DNA of 64,000 nt from assembly GCA_000002445.1 (NCBI GenBank), contig CH464491.1, positions 3,968,001-4,032,000 on the forward strand, in the 5' to 3' direction. The notes beneath the pieces are model-generated. The model ran no database searches. It had not been told where the DNA came from and saw only the letters and a program-made list of their open reading frames with translations. The position numbers were made by a program, and so were the translations under genes. This document shows positions 10,944 through 23,667 of the stretch, piece after piece (the stretch's first letter is position 1; each line of letters opens with the position of its first letter). Source of the DNA: Trypanosoma brucei. Its lineage: Eukaryota.

Positions 10944-12034
10944 TTCACAAAGGTGTGAGAAAAGGAATGATTATATAAATGGTAAGGCGCCAGTGCAAGA
11001 GTTTCCGTGTGCACATATATAAATACTTACCCAACAACACTTGCGTAAGAAATAATTGAAGATAATATCTTTAAAAGAAAACACTTCACGACGTTATCAG
11101 CACTGCACGGGTGAGCACACCACACACTCACATTTTGACAGCACGACAACAAAAAATGCAAGAATTCGTGCCGGCAATATATATAAAAAAAGAAGTTAAA
11201 CGGAGAAGTGGTGAAAAAATGGAAAAAAAAGGCAAATAATGTTTAATAGTGAAAAAGAGGCCCTCTAACGGTTGGCAGTAAGGGGATGAAAGGGAGAAAC
11301 GGGTAAACGGAAAAAAGGGAATGATAAAACTGACAGCACTGACAGTTCCCCTATCCCTTTGCACTAAAAACGAAGCTGTAGGGAGTAAATAGGAGCTTTA
11401 CACACAAAGACACAAACATACACACACACAAAGAAAAAAACAACTCCAGTGTAATTTCACCAAGTCGCAGCAGGAAACAGCGGTAACGCTCATTAGCCCT
11501 TCACTTACTTCAGGTGTTGTAAATCTTACAAGTATTTGGACGGTACAAACCGAGAGGTGGGTGAGCAAAAGAAAGAATAACAATAATAAATGAAATATCC
11601 CTCTCTTCCCACCACCTCCTACACATTATCTATCGTCTCTCTCCTTTGTGTCCCCCCCTTTTTTTCTCTCCTACTTGGTCATGGTATAAGTTCACTACTC
11701 CAAAACAGAAAAGAAAAGAGAAGAGAAAAAAAGCAGAAACAACATACACATACACATAATACTCCCCTCCTCCCTCCCTCATCTCATCTCATCTCATCTC
11801 CTCTCGTGGATTGTGTGGTTGCAGTGGAGTTACCTCCGGCACAATAATACCCGGTGGTTTGTCGCCCTGTCGTCTCACTTCATAATCCGCTGAATCAAAA
11901 AACTGCTTTTGTCCCGGTTGCTGAAGATTACGCAAGCGGGGGTCGCGTTTCTTTGGCATCTTCACACCAGGAGGAGGTGAAGCATTGTCAGACATCACCA
12001 CCTCAGGTAAACAAGAGCTGCTAAGGTGTATTCT

Positions 12035-12072
12035 AAATAATAATAATAGTAATAATAATAATAATAATAAAA
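12035..12072. repeat. (ATA/TAA)n trinucleotide microsatellite
   Basis: Read directly: aataataataatagtaataataataataataataa. On the minus strand it is translated as a poly-Tyr run in a spurious ORF. Confidence 0.9.
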
Positions 12073-12863
12073 ACGATCAATGGCAACAGCGGTAGAGGCA
12101 CCGGGAGCAATTGAAACGGTAGCAAAAATGATCTTTTTTGCTAAAGACAAAAAAATAAATAAATAAAAATAGAAAAAGCAAGACAAGTCGCAGACCTTTG
12201 GATTGATTGTGAACCTTCTGTTTCTATTACTGTGTGATCTAGTGCAAGACAACAGAGTTCAAATACCTTTTCAACTTGAGTCCTGTCACCGCTGCAGGGC
12301 AAAGGTGAAAATAAAAAAAAAGAAGAAACGGATGAAGCTGTGAAAGTGAAACAATGTGAATCAACTTACAACGTAAAGAGATAATTAATAGCAAGCAAGA
12401 CAGTGTGAGTGAAGGTGGGGACAACAAATATGCACGGATAACGACCAAATGTGTGAATACACGGTGAGAACATCCTACCAATAAAAAAAAATGACTAATG
12501 TCTAGAGAGAGAGATGCCGCATCATGTCCCCCTTCTCACCTGTCACACATCAAGGCATGATCCCGAGAACAGAACCACGCGACTTCACACCTCATCCGGC
12601 GAAAAATGCACAACACAAAACAAGAAACTTTAAAGATTGCTGGGAACAGTGGGTGACACAACGAAAAAAAAAAAGGAGGGCAGCGAAGAATGAGAGCGTG
12701 ATAGAATAGAGAACAAAAAAGGAAAGAGTACTGAAGGACATATTCCAGCGCATCTTATTTCCCTCCACTATTCCCTTTGGGTGAGGCAACATCGCGTCCT
12801 CCCTTGCAGCAATGCGTGGGGGCGCATGACAATATTTAAAGTGAGTGACTTCAATAGAACGGA

Positions 12864-13820
12864 CTACAAGTCGAAATTCATGAACACTGAATCCTTATCA
12901 GGTTGTTTGCGAACGTCTTCAGCAGCGTCAGAGCCACCTTCAGTGGTGTCACCATTCGATTTAGCATTAGGCTTCCGTAAGACTGTGAAACTCAGCGGGT
13001 CATCCTTTGAGTACTGAACGCCCTTCACAACCACCGATTCCGCTCCTTCCGCCCCTTTCATTTTGTCCTGTGACGTACCTTTTGAAATAGATGCCTGCCA
13101 CTTCTCGTACTTCTCCAACCGTCTTACTTCTGCCTCTATGCTCGGCTCCACCCCAACGCAAACAGCCGTTACGGCCTTCTCTACAGGAAAAGGCGGAGCC
13201 GTAATATTTCGCATCTCCAAATACCCACCGCACAGTCGCTGCTCCAATTCACTCAGCAACTCAACCTCTCTCACAAGGCTTGTCATGGCATCTTCTTCTT
13301 CATCCATAACACGCGTGCAGAACACGTGAACGGCCTTTGTCTTGACAGCTTTGAGTATTCGTGAGTCCTCTTTGCTGTAGTGCTGCGCTAGTGGGTATTC
13401 CGATTCTCCATTATCGTACACACGAATGCGCATGTCGGCACGGAAGTGCAAAGCATAGTCATCAAACAAACTATCGTTACATATCTTTTCCAGCACCTCA
13501 GCGCCTCGAAGCTCGCTTGTGGCGTAATCACGTCGTTTTAATTTATTATCTTTTCCAAGGCGGTGGCTCGAAAGAAAAGTGGCACCACCTCTTCCACCGT
13601 AGCGGATAGATTCATTCATGCGTCTACCCAAATGTCCCGCGAATGCGATGCACGCAGAGCAATCCAGAAAGGCGTAAGTAGGTTCATGGATGCGGAAAAG
13701 TGGATCACCAACAGTCGCCGCCTCGACCAAAGATATAGAGCCAATAATTGCAAGCAGCTGGAATATCTTGGAAATGATGGAATAATAAGATTGCGAAGTG
13801 TTACTCAGTCGTGCATACAT
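12864..13820 (-). CDS. Hypothetical protein with an N-terminal signal peptide or signal anchor; secretory-pathway or ER-resident. It possibly resembles Canopy (saposin-like DUF3456) proteins.
   Basis: The ORF-track start at 13859 is GTG. The ATG at 13818-13820 yields 'MYARLSNTSQSYYSIISKIFQLLAIIGSISLVEAATV', a hydrophobic leader. Cys residues are spaced CSAC…KIC…VFC…RLCGG. The remainder is an acidic, coiled-coil-like region. Confidence 0.45.
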   Translation of the reverse strand: MYARLSNTSQSYYSIISKIFQLLAIIGSISLVEAATVGDPLFRIHEPTYAFLDCSACIAFAGHLGRRMNESIRYGGRGGATFLSSHRLGKDNKLKRRDYATSELRGAEVLEKICNDSLFDDYALHFRADMRIRVYDNGESEYPLAQHYSKEDSRILKAVKTKAVHVFCTRVMDEEEDAMTSLVREVELLSELEQRLCGGYLEMRNITAPPFPVEKAVTAVCVGVEPSIEAEVRRLEKYEKWQASISKGTSQDKMKGAEGAESVVVKGVQYSKDDPLSFTVLRKPNAKSNGDTTEGGSDAAEDVRKQPDKDSVFMNFDL

Positions 13821-14372
13821 TGGTTGCCAACACTTGTCTCTAAACAAACACCCTCTCACACCCTCGGTCCCTCGTAAGGCACGGGTGCAATGTGAATCCT
13901 CCCTGCGTACCTTAAGTTTTTCCTCCTTATCTAGCGCCCCTCAAGCGTATGCAATATTCATGTGACGTTAAGTTCCGACAACAAGAGAAGAATGTACGAA
14001 AGAAGAGAATATATCGCAAGTAGGAGTTATACCTCAATAGATATCCGATCAAAAGGAGACGAGCATGCAAACTGCTGGGAAACACGACAAGTAAACAAAA
14101 CGAGTCGGTTGTAGAAACAGGTAAAGATCTACGAAATAAGCATACGAAACACCCTTCTCCATGTCAGCTCTATCATCCTTTCAGTGGGAGATATGCTTAC
14201 GTGTCGTGCGGGTCTTTCCTCGCCACCCCCCCCCCCTTCTCTCTTACCAACGCCTTTTAACAACAGTAGTACTCAATTCTAAATAGCGTCATAGTTTACA
14301 TAGACACAGCACCGACAGATGTTAGTGCGTTGCCTCCTCCTCCCTCCTTGTTTTTGCTCCGCATCGCGTTGC

Positions 14373-15278
14373 TCACAGCTTGTCCCCGTTGGTGGACGTC
14401 ATAACCGACACCTCATTCTCTGCAACAGGAGTGGTAGTTTCACCCCCCTTCTCAACATCTCCTTCTCCATTTTCGCTGTGGACAAATGTCCAGTAGTTTT
14501 CATCTTTCATTGGACCACAAGGGGTGCCGGGATTGTTGACGAACCTCCCACAGCACACCTCGTTCTCTGGACCAAAGTCATTGAAAAACACGGCTTTCGA
14601 GCTCGCTAGAGGGGTATTTGTGTGGTTATGGCGTATTACTAACACGGCGTCAGCCTTGATGGGGAGATCCCGCATATCCTCTCGGTGGTCCGGGTTTGCA
14701 AAGTCAGCCACCCACATTGCCTCAGCAGACGCACCATCAGGTGAGAAAAATACATCCTGGTGCTTTCCGGTCACTTTAGATGCGCTGAGAGGTCCTTTGG
14801 GCTCGGACAGAAGCGAAAGGGGGTTGTCGCACAGCTCTGGTACTGTCATAATAAAGAAGGGCTGTCCATAATGCACAATATCCTGCTCATCAGGAGGTGC
14901 AGGGATCATGTCAGTGGGACCAGTGGGGGCGGGCACAAGTACAAAACAGTTGCGCAAAGCAGGTCCAGCAGCAGGTGCGGTGGAGCAGGCAACGTGCCAA
15001 CCAGTTGGTCTTAGAGTACGATCCTCAAGGTCAAGTGAGAGAAACCCAAGCGTCGCCGCATTTTGAAGCATAAGAGGAGCATAGAAATGTAAATAACCAT
15101 CCTCATGAGGTTCGGCCATTGGGTATGCTGAGTTGTGGTGCTTTACCTTCGCAATGATACGCTGTGTCTCACGGGCAGCATCTACAACACCACGGTCACA
15201 ACTATCCAGGAGGCGCTTGCGATCCCGCATATACGCCTCCTCCTCAAACCAGTTGCCCAAAAGCGCTTTCCTCGGCAT
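14373..15278 (-). CDS. Hypothetical protein (301 aa), no recognised domain
   Basis: ATG at 15276-15278 (MPRKALLGNWFEEE…). The open frame is clean with coding-like composition. The product looks globular with a Pro-rich linker. Confidence 0.5.
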   Translation of the reverse strand: MPRKALLGNWFEEEAYMRDRKRLLDSCDRGVVDAARETQRIIAKVKHHNSAYPMAEPHEDGYLHFYAPLMLQNAATLGFLSLDLEDRTLRPTGWHVACSTAPAAGPALRNCFVLVPAPTGPTDMIPAPPDEQDIVHYGQPFFIMTVPELCDNPLSLLSEPKGPLSASKVTGKHQDVFFSPDGASAEAMWVADFANPDHREDMRDLPIKADAVLVIRHNHTNTPLASSKAVFFNDFGPENEVCCGRFVNNPGTPCGPMKDENYWTFVHSENGEGDVEKGGETTTPVAENEVSVMTSTNGDKL

Positions 15279-15915
15279 AATGGCGCCTTTGATTTAATTG
15301 CTTCCTTCCCTTTCCACGCACACAGTCAGGCGCACAGATGGTAAAAGTAACAATTATGCAGACGAAAAAAACAAAAAGAAAAAGATGAAATCACGCTTGT
15401 GCTTAGTTACAGCTCCTATCCCTTTATGTCCAATCCACTTCTCAATCCCTCGCAGGCAAGACACAGATGATATATATATATATATATATTCCCTTCTTCT
15501 TTATATTCACTGTTGCTCCTCACAGCGCTTATATATCCTCCCAGCCGCTACGTTTTCCGCACGCTCAATTAGACCGTTGCAACTTAAAGGGAATCTAATC
15601 AGTGAAATAATGCGAGACTCACCGCAAAACAAAAAAAATGGACGGAAGAAAAAAAAAAGAAAGGTAATACTAAAGATAACAATATCACCGAGCCTAATAT
15701 GTAAGAAAGAAAAAAACACCAGAGAGTAAAGCACACGTGTGCAACCACCAAAAAGGAAACAAAATCTCACATTTTTTTTCCGCAACAGGTACACACATTT
15801 TCCCACGTGCACCTTAAGTACGCTCACACATGAACACTGATGTCTTAACAACCGTCCCTGACGCTCCTACTCCCCTTTAATGGAAAGTTAAACATCTTTA
15901 TTCCATACACCTACA

Positions 15916-16602
15916 CTATACAACTCTTCTTTTGTTGAAAATACGCCGCAGGTACCACACATTACCTAAACTCATTGCTATGATGATGAGAATTTCCGCC
16001 ATGGCCCAAACGAATACACGAGTGTTTGCCACCTCGGTAACGGCGCGATGTTTGTGTTCGCGGCCTCTGATGTACTGCTGAACCTCAAGTACCTCTCGTA
16101 ACCCATGTTGAATATTCCTCACAGCCAATTCAATGGGATCCATTCCCAAATCGCTTTTCTTATCCTTTTTACCATCCTCACCCTCCAACCCCTCATCCCC
16201 CACTGTAATGGAAAATGCAACCACCTTCGCGCTGATGGTACTCATCTTATTCGAGAAACAAAAGCGGTGGCGGCCGGAACCCCTCGATTTGAATAACACA
16301 CGACCCTCAGTATCACGGCCTGATGACCAAATCATCGAGTTGTCGGGATTTTTGATGGTCGCCTCAATATCTTGAGATCCTCCTGAGGTCACCAAGTAAT
16401 GCAAGAACACCTTTACCCCAGCTTTATTAATATCCTCAAAGAAACACAATTCTTTCTTGGGCGGCACTTGGACGGAAATCGCATCATCGTCTGCGCGAAC
16501 TGTGGTGATGAAAGTGGAAAGTGTTACTAACAACAAACCCAACGGCAAAGATAAGCGAGCAATCGTACCACTCACACGCAGAGGCATCGCGCGCATGGTC
16601 AT
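15916..16602 (-). CDS. p24/emp24/gp25L (TMED) family cargo receptor with a GOLD domain
   Basis: The ORF-track start is TTG. The ATG at 16600-16602 gives a signal peptide 'MTMRAMPLRVSGTIARLSLPLGLLLVTLSTFITTVRA'. A ~100-aa luminal GOLD-like β region follows ('LCFFEDINKAGVKVFLHYLV…RFCFSN'), then a coiled-coil and a single C-terminal transmembrane segment. The short basic cytosolic tail ends 'RRIFNKRRVV', a p24 COPI/COPII-binding type of tail. Confidence 0.8.
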   Translation of the reverse strand: MTMRAMPLRVSGTIARLSLPLGLLLVTLSTFITTVRADDDAISVQVPPKKELCFFEDINKAGVKVFLHYLVTSGGSQDIEATIKNPDNSMIWSSGRDTEGRVLFKSRGSGRHRFCFSNKMSTISAKVVAFSITVGDEGLEGEDGKKDKKSDLGMDPIELAVRNIQHGLREVLEVQQYIRGREHKHRAVTEVANTRVFVWAMAEILIIIAMSLGNVWYLRRIFNKRRVV

Positions 16603-19251
16603 TAAGAGTACTGCCAACTTAATCAGATCTATTCCTTTTAGTCCGTATTTGCTGTGGATACCGCTGTCTCTGTTTCTTTTTTTTTTTCTCTCCCTTCCTC
16701 CAGCAATCAATGACTTTATTCACTGAGGTGTCGCCCCCTGCTACCGATATCTGCTGTTACCCCCTTTGTTCTTTTGTCTAGCGTCTGCGATCAGAATGCA
16801 ACTACTTCCGATGCAAATAAATCAGTCAGCACACCGTGTGTCACTAACGAAATGCGGGGGGAATATAAATATATATAAATATATATAAATATATACAGAA
16901 AGATATACGAAAAGAAAGAAAGCGTGCGGGGTTCTTTCCTCCACGGCACAAACCGTTTATAATTTTGTCCCTCGCAGCCTACTTACTGTATCAGCTATTT
17001 AACCCCTCCCCCTAAAAAAAACTTGTGCTCGCGTTACCTCTAAATTTAAAAAATAATCGACCAAATTTACGAGGTTCAGTAGCGAGTAAAGAATAAAACA
17101 AATAAAAAGGAAAGGTAGAGAGAGAGAGAGAAAAAAAAAAAAGAGGAGATGAACGTCGGTTTTAAACAAAGACTCAGGCGCAAGTGCAAAAAAAGTAAAA
17201 GAGAAAAAGGAGCAGGGCAATATCTGCTAAGGTGTACGCCTCCGTGTGAAAATGAAAGCACATCAAGTAAGATATTTTTCAGTGTTTTGGTTCTCTCACG
17301 AGTCCGTTAGCTCCCAAGTACGCAGCCTTACTTACTGAGCAATAATAACAATAATAATAATAATAACAATAGGAAAAGAAGAAGCGGAAGCGACACACGT
17401 AAAAAAAAAAAAAAAGAAGCAGACATGGGCATATTTCATTTGACCTTCCGTAAGGTGACATTTACCTTTTGCTTGAACGCATTGTGTTACGTAGTACGTG
17501 TGCGAGGAATCTTCTAAGTACCTGCTGGCACCCGTGGCAAGCAGTTATGATTTAAAATAAAAAAAAGAAGGAAAGAAAGAAAGAAAAGAAAGGAAAAAGT
17601 CTGAAAAGAGTGAGGTCCGCACTCGAAACAACAGGGAAAAAAAGTAGCAGAGTCATTTGTGAGCAAAGCCACACAGCGAAGAAAAACAAAACACAGAAAA
17701 ATCGAAATAACAAGAAAATGTGTATAGTCTTCCGATTCGAATGCACAGATACGAAAAAAAAAAAACAGCAGCGCTCCAAAAGAAAAAAAAAGTGAATGGA
17801 TTTATTGATACTTTTTTTTTTCTTGTATCATCCCTCTTCCATCAACAACTTCTTTTCTTTTCCCCACTTAACCACAATTTCTTCATATAAGCCTGCCCAT
17901 GTGTATCACACTCTTCTCTTTTTTTTTTCTTTTTATTTCAGAAGTGCACAACATAAAGAACCGCCGTCGGTAGCCCACGTGCGGGTGATAATATTTTCCA
18001 TTACTCCACCACAAGGATGGAAGAAAAAGAGAAAATAAAAAAGGAAAAGATGAAAAGGGAAAGAAAACACAAAATTGAAGTTTCCCCCTCCACACACACA
18101 CATTTTTCTCTCCCTCTTCTGCAGACCTTTCATTCTCACTTTCACAATGTGGTAGCGGCTTTCATGAAGTTATAACCGCACCGATATTGTCATTTACGCC
18201 ATATTGTTTGACTCGCATTGCTGACGCCAACATTTCTTTCCCTTTTCTCTCGTACTTCCATTCATTCATCCATACTTTCCACCTCGGCACCATCCACAGG
18301 TAAAGGGAAAAAAAAAGAAGTAAAAGAAAAGACACACAAACACACAGATACCACAACGCATTTGCAGTGCGTAGAAAGGATAGGAAGAAAGTGAGAAAAA
18401 AACAAATATATATATATATAACAATACACTGCTCTCGTCAGCAAAAAGAAAAACAGCAACAGAACTAAGTGACGTACAAGGCTACCTTCGCACGCTGAGC
18501 AACTGGGGAAAAATATGTGGGGACATTCCTCTCTTATTTCTCTTCCGTTCCCGTTTATCGGCTACAACCCGACTTCCGCTCCCCCACACGTCAAATAAAC
18601 TTTCCTCACTTTCGTTTCACACAACTTATATTTCATCTCTTTTCCATTCACATTTTCTCCTCTCTTCTCCTCTCCCCTATTCATTCTCTACTCGCCCAGC
18701 CACGCATAGAAGCAGGAAAAGACAGGAAAATGAAGAGAACGGTAAATAGCACCAAAAAGTAAACAAAAATTTGTATGATATATAAATATATAACACGACC
18801 CAGAAGCATACGGCACTCGCGCCGGCATATACACACATCTCCTTTCCTTCAACACAAGCTCAGGTGAGTGAATTGACAACAAATAAAATTATTCAACTAC
18901 TGAGTGACTTTTTGTTTTACTTCCACTCATAAAGACCGTTTGGTCCCGCCCGCCCATACTCGCACATTTCAATGGAATTCGACCATAGAAAAGGTACTCA
19001 TAAAACCACACCGCCTTCGCGCAACAAAAAAAAAAGAAAAGAAAAGTGTAGACGCGAGGTAATTTTGCCTTCCCTTTCATTTCCATCCTTCGACTCCCAC
19101 TTATCCCACTGTTCCCTTCACCCCTAAACAAATGAACACACAAAAACACACTCTCACACATTTCTTCTTTTTCATGCATCTACTTCCCATTTTCCCCACG
19201 CCTTCCTTGGATTTCTTCCGCTTTATTGCTTACAATCCACCCTATTCTCGC

Positions 19252-20010
<759 letters not shown>

Positions 20011-20545
20011 TTACCAACTAAATTCCAGTGTGATGCACCCGCTTTTGCTGTCACTGTTCTGCACGAATAAATTCTACACGACTCGTTCTCCCTATATGTA
20101 GGCGGTCGACGTAAGTGCCTTGCTATCAAGTGTAGTAGTCAACTTCGCAATTGGAACCTGTGTAGTTCTATTAGACGAAAAAAAAAATACGTGTATACAA
20201 TCTAAGATAGTGAAAACGGAAATAAATAAAGCAGAAGGGGATACGTATAATTCGCAACCGAAAGGGTTGCAGCTGAGCATAGCCCCCCCCCCCCCGAAAA
20301 AAAAAAAATCCCGGGAAGCAGAGGCCAAGCCGAAGCCCCCAGTTTATTTGTAGTAGGCTGGCCTACCAATCACGGAAGTGAGACTAACAATTGGCATGCA
20401 AGCATCAAAAAGAGCCTTGGAGTGGAGACTGCAACATCTACTGTTGTTGTTAGCCACTTTTACACACCATGTGCTCGCGTGTTGATGTTGTTTGCACTGA
20501 CCATATACCCAGTGTACATTGAACCATAACAAAATACATCTGATA

Positions 20546-22411
20546 TCATGACAAAGACACCCTCCCTTCAAGAAAAGAGATGAGTTTTCTGACACTTGCC
20601 AACAAGGCATCCGCCTCCCCCGAGCCTTCGCTCATTAAGGTTCCTGTGCCTCTTTCAGGAGTTCCTCCAGCAGTATTCACGGCACCGCCCGGTCCCGCCG
20701 AGCATTCACCGATGCTTGTGTTCCCCCCTTCAGAACCGCTCAACTCTGCCCATGGGCTTCCCTCTCCAACACCTCTTTCATGCAAACTTCCCCTTGGGCT
20801 GCTCTCACTCGTGCTCCCCTCCTCCGTAGTTGCATTCCCCCGTGGGGCATTGCTATCGGATGTTGGGGTACCCTCTAAACGCACCTCCTCGGATTCCTCT
20901 CTACCTCCGCCAGTAGACCCACCTTCATTTGTGGGACGCCGGCGAAGTCGTACAATCCCACGAAGTAATCCCCGCAACAGCACAGTAAGACGCGTATCTG
21001 CCGTGTTCGTATCACTCAAATCGGTACTTCCACCCGCATGTATGTCTCCTCGAGACATATGAGCACTGTCCACAGGCCCCACCGATGACTCAACTCGCGA
21101 CGCTAGGCGAGAACGAGAAATGGAAGCCTGGAAAATACTTTCGGTTAAGGGCGGACTGTCAGCCACCGAATGCGCACCAGATCGACGCCAATTGCGGCAT
21201 TGCTTCGCCTTCAAGAGGTAGGGGTTGCACCAAAACTGCGCGACTCGCATTTCAACAGAATCAACACGGGGGTTTATCTCCTCGTGAGAAGACGGCAGAG
21301 ACGACGACACGGATCCCATTGTTAAGGGGGTATGTGGCCGCATCGTGTGCAAGTTCATTTGGTACGTGCTGCTTCCTCTCCTCAAACCACTTGTGGTCCG
21401 CAGTAACGGATCAGTTGAGTGTAGAGACGCCTGAGGGGCACGCAGTGACGCCGCTTTAGATGTTAAGGGCGATGCGCTCTCTGTCTCCAGGGATATCGGG
21501 AAACCTCCTGTACATGCCGGGTGCTGTCTCTCGTAGAGAAAGGAAGACCAAAGGCGGCACTGCGCTTCATACGAAGCAAGTCGTGTCCTTAAGGCCTGTA
21601 GTTGGTCCTCAGCAACCTTCTGTCGCTTCTCCTGCGCAGTGAGCACCTCCTTCTGTTCAATCAACTGCTCTCGTGCATTTCCCAGTTCATACGCTGTAGC
21701 CTTGTTTAGGCACTTCTCACATGCCTCATACTGCTTGAGATGGCTCAGGGCAGCAGCGTGGCACCGGGAGAGGTGCTGCGAATGCACCGAAATTACTTTC
21801 ATTTCGTCTACTATAGGCGATCCCGCCTTGCGAGCCAACATGGACAGTTTGAGCATTACACTGTCAGTCGCGTCAAGAATCTTAAAAGCGCTTTGAGATA
21901 CAATTTCCAGCACAAATGTCAGAGATGTCGATGAGAACTTAATTGGTGGTTGCGGCGTCTCCAATACTGACTCTTTCAGTTGAAAATGTGGTTTGGTGTT
22001 CAACTCGGCTGCCTTTCTCTGCTCAGCTCGCATCACAGTAAGAGTTCTAAGCTTCTGAATCGTTTCGTGTTCGAGCGCACTTTCCAGTGAAACAGAAAAG
22101 GGTCCAGCACCCAGGGACATAACGGGATCATCAGAAATGACCACCTTCTCCCCACCATTAGCTCCCGAGGTTTCCACCAGTGTGTTTAGGTCTTCTAGCA
22201 ACATTGTTGTCATACTACTCTCGTAAACAGCTTCAGATAGGTTGTTTATCCTCTTGACCATCGACTTGGAAATATTCGAAGCTGTCTCCATCCGCCGCCG
22301 CCGGGTGCGGAACATGCTCAGTAGTGTACTATCATCTATCTGAACTACACTATCTGTTCCGCATCTTGCGGTACGTGGCTTTTGGTTCTTGGGTAACGGT
22401 GGAAGGTGCAT
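20546..22411 (-). CDS. Hypothetical protein (621 aa) with a central coiled-coil and a Ser/Gly/Thr-rich C-terminal half
   Basis: ATG at 22409-22411 (MHLPPLPKNQKPRTARCG…). The long open frame has coding-like composition. The coiled-coil segment is '…EQLIEQKEVLTAQEKRQKVAEDQLQALRTRLASYEAQ…'. No known domain recognised. Confidence 0.55.
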   Translation of the reverse strand: MHLPPLPKNQKPRTARCGTDSVVQIDDSTLLSMFRTRRRRMETASNISKSMVKRINNLSEAVYESSMTTMLLEDLNTLVETSGANGGEKVVISDDPVMSLGAGPFSVSLESALEHETIQKLRTLTVMRAEQRKAAELNTKPHFQLKESVLETPQPPIKFSSTSLTFVLEIVSQSAFKILDATDSVMLKLSMLARKAGSPIVDEMKVISVHSQHLSRCHAAALSHLKQYEACEKCLNKATAYELGNAREQLIEQKEVLTAQEKRQKVAEDQLQALRTRLASYEAQCRLWSSFLYERQHPACTGGFPISLETESASPLTSKAASLRAPQASLHSTDPLLRTTSGLRRGSSTYQMNLHTMRPHTPLTMGSVSSSLPSSHEEINPRVDSVEMRVAQFWCNPYLLKAKQCRNWRRSGAHSVADSPPLTESIFQASISRSRLASRVESSVGPVDSAHMSRGDIHAGGSTDLSDTNTADTRLTVLLRGLLRGIVRLRRRPTNEGGSTGGGREESEEVRLEGTPTSDSNAPRGNATTEEGSTSESSPRGSLHERGVGEGSPWAELSGSEGGNTSIGECSAGPGGAVNTAGGTPERGTGTLMSEGSGEADALLASVRKLISFLEGRVSLS

Positions 22412-22911
22412 ACTATCGCGGTCGCTAATTTCTCGCCGGCTTCCCTATGGAATTCCTGCCGTAGTAACGCAAATTGTATTCGTCCGCTCCCACACACACC
22501 TACCACTGTAAATTTCAGGTGAATATGCAACGCCTACGCACGCCTTTGCTCAAAAGGGAAGAAAAGAAAAAATGCGCACCAGCAATGTGGCAGTACAGTA
22601 GCGGTTAGACGCGTGGAACTACGAAGTCATTGGGCACAAAAAGTATGGCAGTAATTCACAACCGATAGAAATAACGAACGAAACGGCTGGAGGAAACTCC
22701 GTAAAATAAAAAACCGCTAAACACTTTAACAGAAAGTCCTGTAGCACTCCACCAATGGTATAATTAAAAGGATTGAAACATAAAAGCATTGTCAACGGCG
22801 GACCGACAACAACACACTTTTGCTGCACGGCCGCAGCACACCCCAATACGCGGGGGAAAAAAAAAGGAAGTATCCATGGCAACGGATGTCAGAGCATCTG
22901 CGGTGAAGCCA

Positions 22912-23088
22912 TTAAATATTGTTGTTACTTGCTTCCCTAATCAGTGCAGCCTCCTTCAGCTGCCTCTCCTTTGCATCGTCAACGATTGTTCGGAGGTTTT
23001 GGGTTGAGTAACGGTTCCATAACGTCATTGCAGTAATTATGATCGCACTGCCGGCATATATCTTCCCAGGGGTCATACGCATGCTCAT
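22912..23088 (-). CDS. Possible small single-pass membrane protein (58 aa); speculative
   Basis: The ORF-track start is GTG. The internal ATG at 23086-23088 gives 'MSMRMTPGKIYAGSAIIITAMTLWNRYSTQ…' with one hydrophobic helix and a charged tail. It lies in a gap between two better-supported genes. Confidence 0.2.
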   Translation of the reverse strand: MSMRMTPGKIYAGSAIIITAMTLWNRYSTQNLRTIVDDAKERQLKEAALIREASNNNI

Positions 23089-23667
23089 TCTGTCAAAACT
23101 AACAAATTTCTTGTGACCCTCGAACAGCACGATCACAGCGGATACACTGCGAGTCACCTATCGTCTTCCTTTTTGACTGGAGGTGGGCCAAAATTAAAGA
23201 AGAAAACAGCATATAAAACATTCACGTGGCAGAGCATGCCTTCCGAGAATTTAAGTGAGTGTGCTTACATCCGAAAAAGCAGCATGACATGAGCTGCAGG
23301 AACGAAATCGTGACAGGCATACATATTTTAACAATGTTGACGAAGTGAATAAACAGAAAGTGGGATTTTACTAGCCACGGCAACTGCGACCCAAGTGACA
23401 CCGCGTATGAAAAACGAGCACCGTTCACTCGTTCCATGAAAAACTGAACAGCATCACAGAGAAATCCGCTGGTAGTAAACGGGGTTCCACCTGTGAAGAA
23501 ATACACGGCGGCCCGCCGCTACAAAGCGCACCAGACTCTAGAATAATTCCACCATAAGTTGCCACACTGCGGACGCATTGCCACGATCACCAAGCCGCTG
23601 TCGCTTTTCCTCGATGCGCGAGGCGGCTCACAATGAAAAAAAGAAAAAGCCTCCAAACAACCAAGCC

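Noticed and set aside
20281-20308. C13 followed by A12 homopolymers; other G/C runs of 10 or more at 14220, 49571, 52957 and 59801
   Set aside because: These are single isolated runs, not four-tract G-quadruplex arrays or telomeric repeats. They are ordinary trypanosomatid intergenic homopolymers.
20580-21062. 160-aa plus-strand ORF (P/S-rich) overlapping the 621-aa minus-strand gene. Similar long antisense ORFs occur at 9096-9398, 10304-10720, 26173-26658, 28655-29233, 30742-31197, 43359-44096 and 46302-46592.
   Set aside because: Each lies antisense to a much longer ORF with better coding signal. Overlapping antisense ORFs of this size are expected in ~50 % GC coding DNA because RNY periodicity is self-complementary. 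All other evidence points to a single-strand transcription unit.
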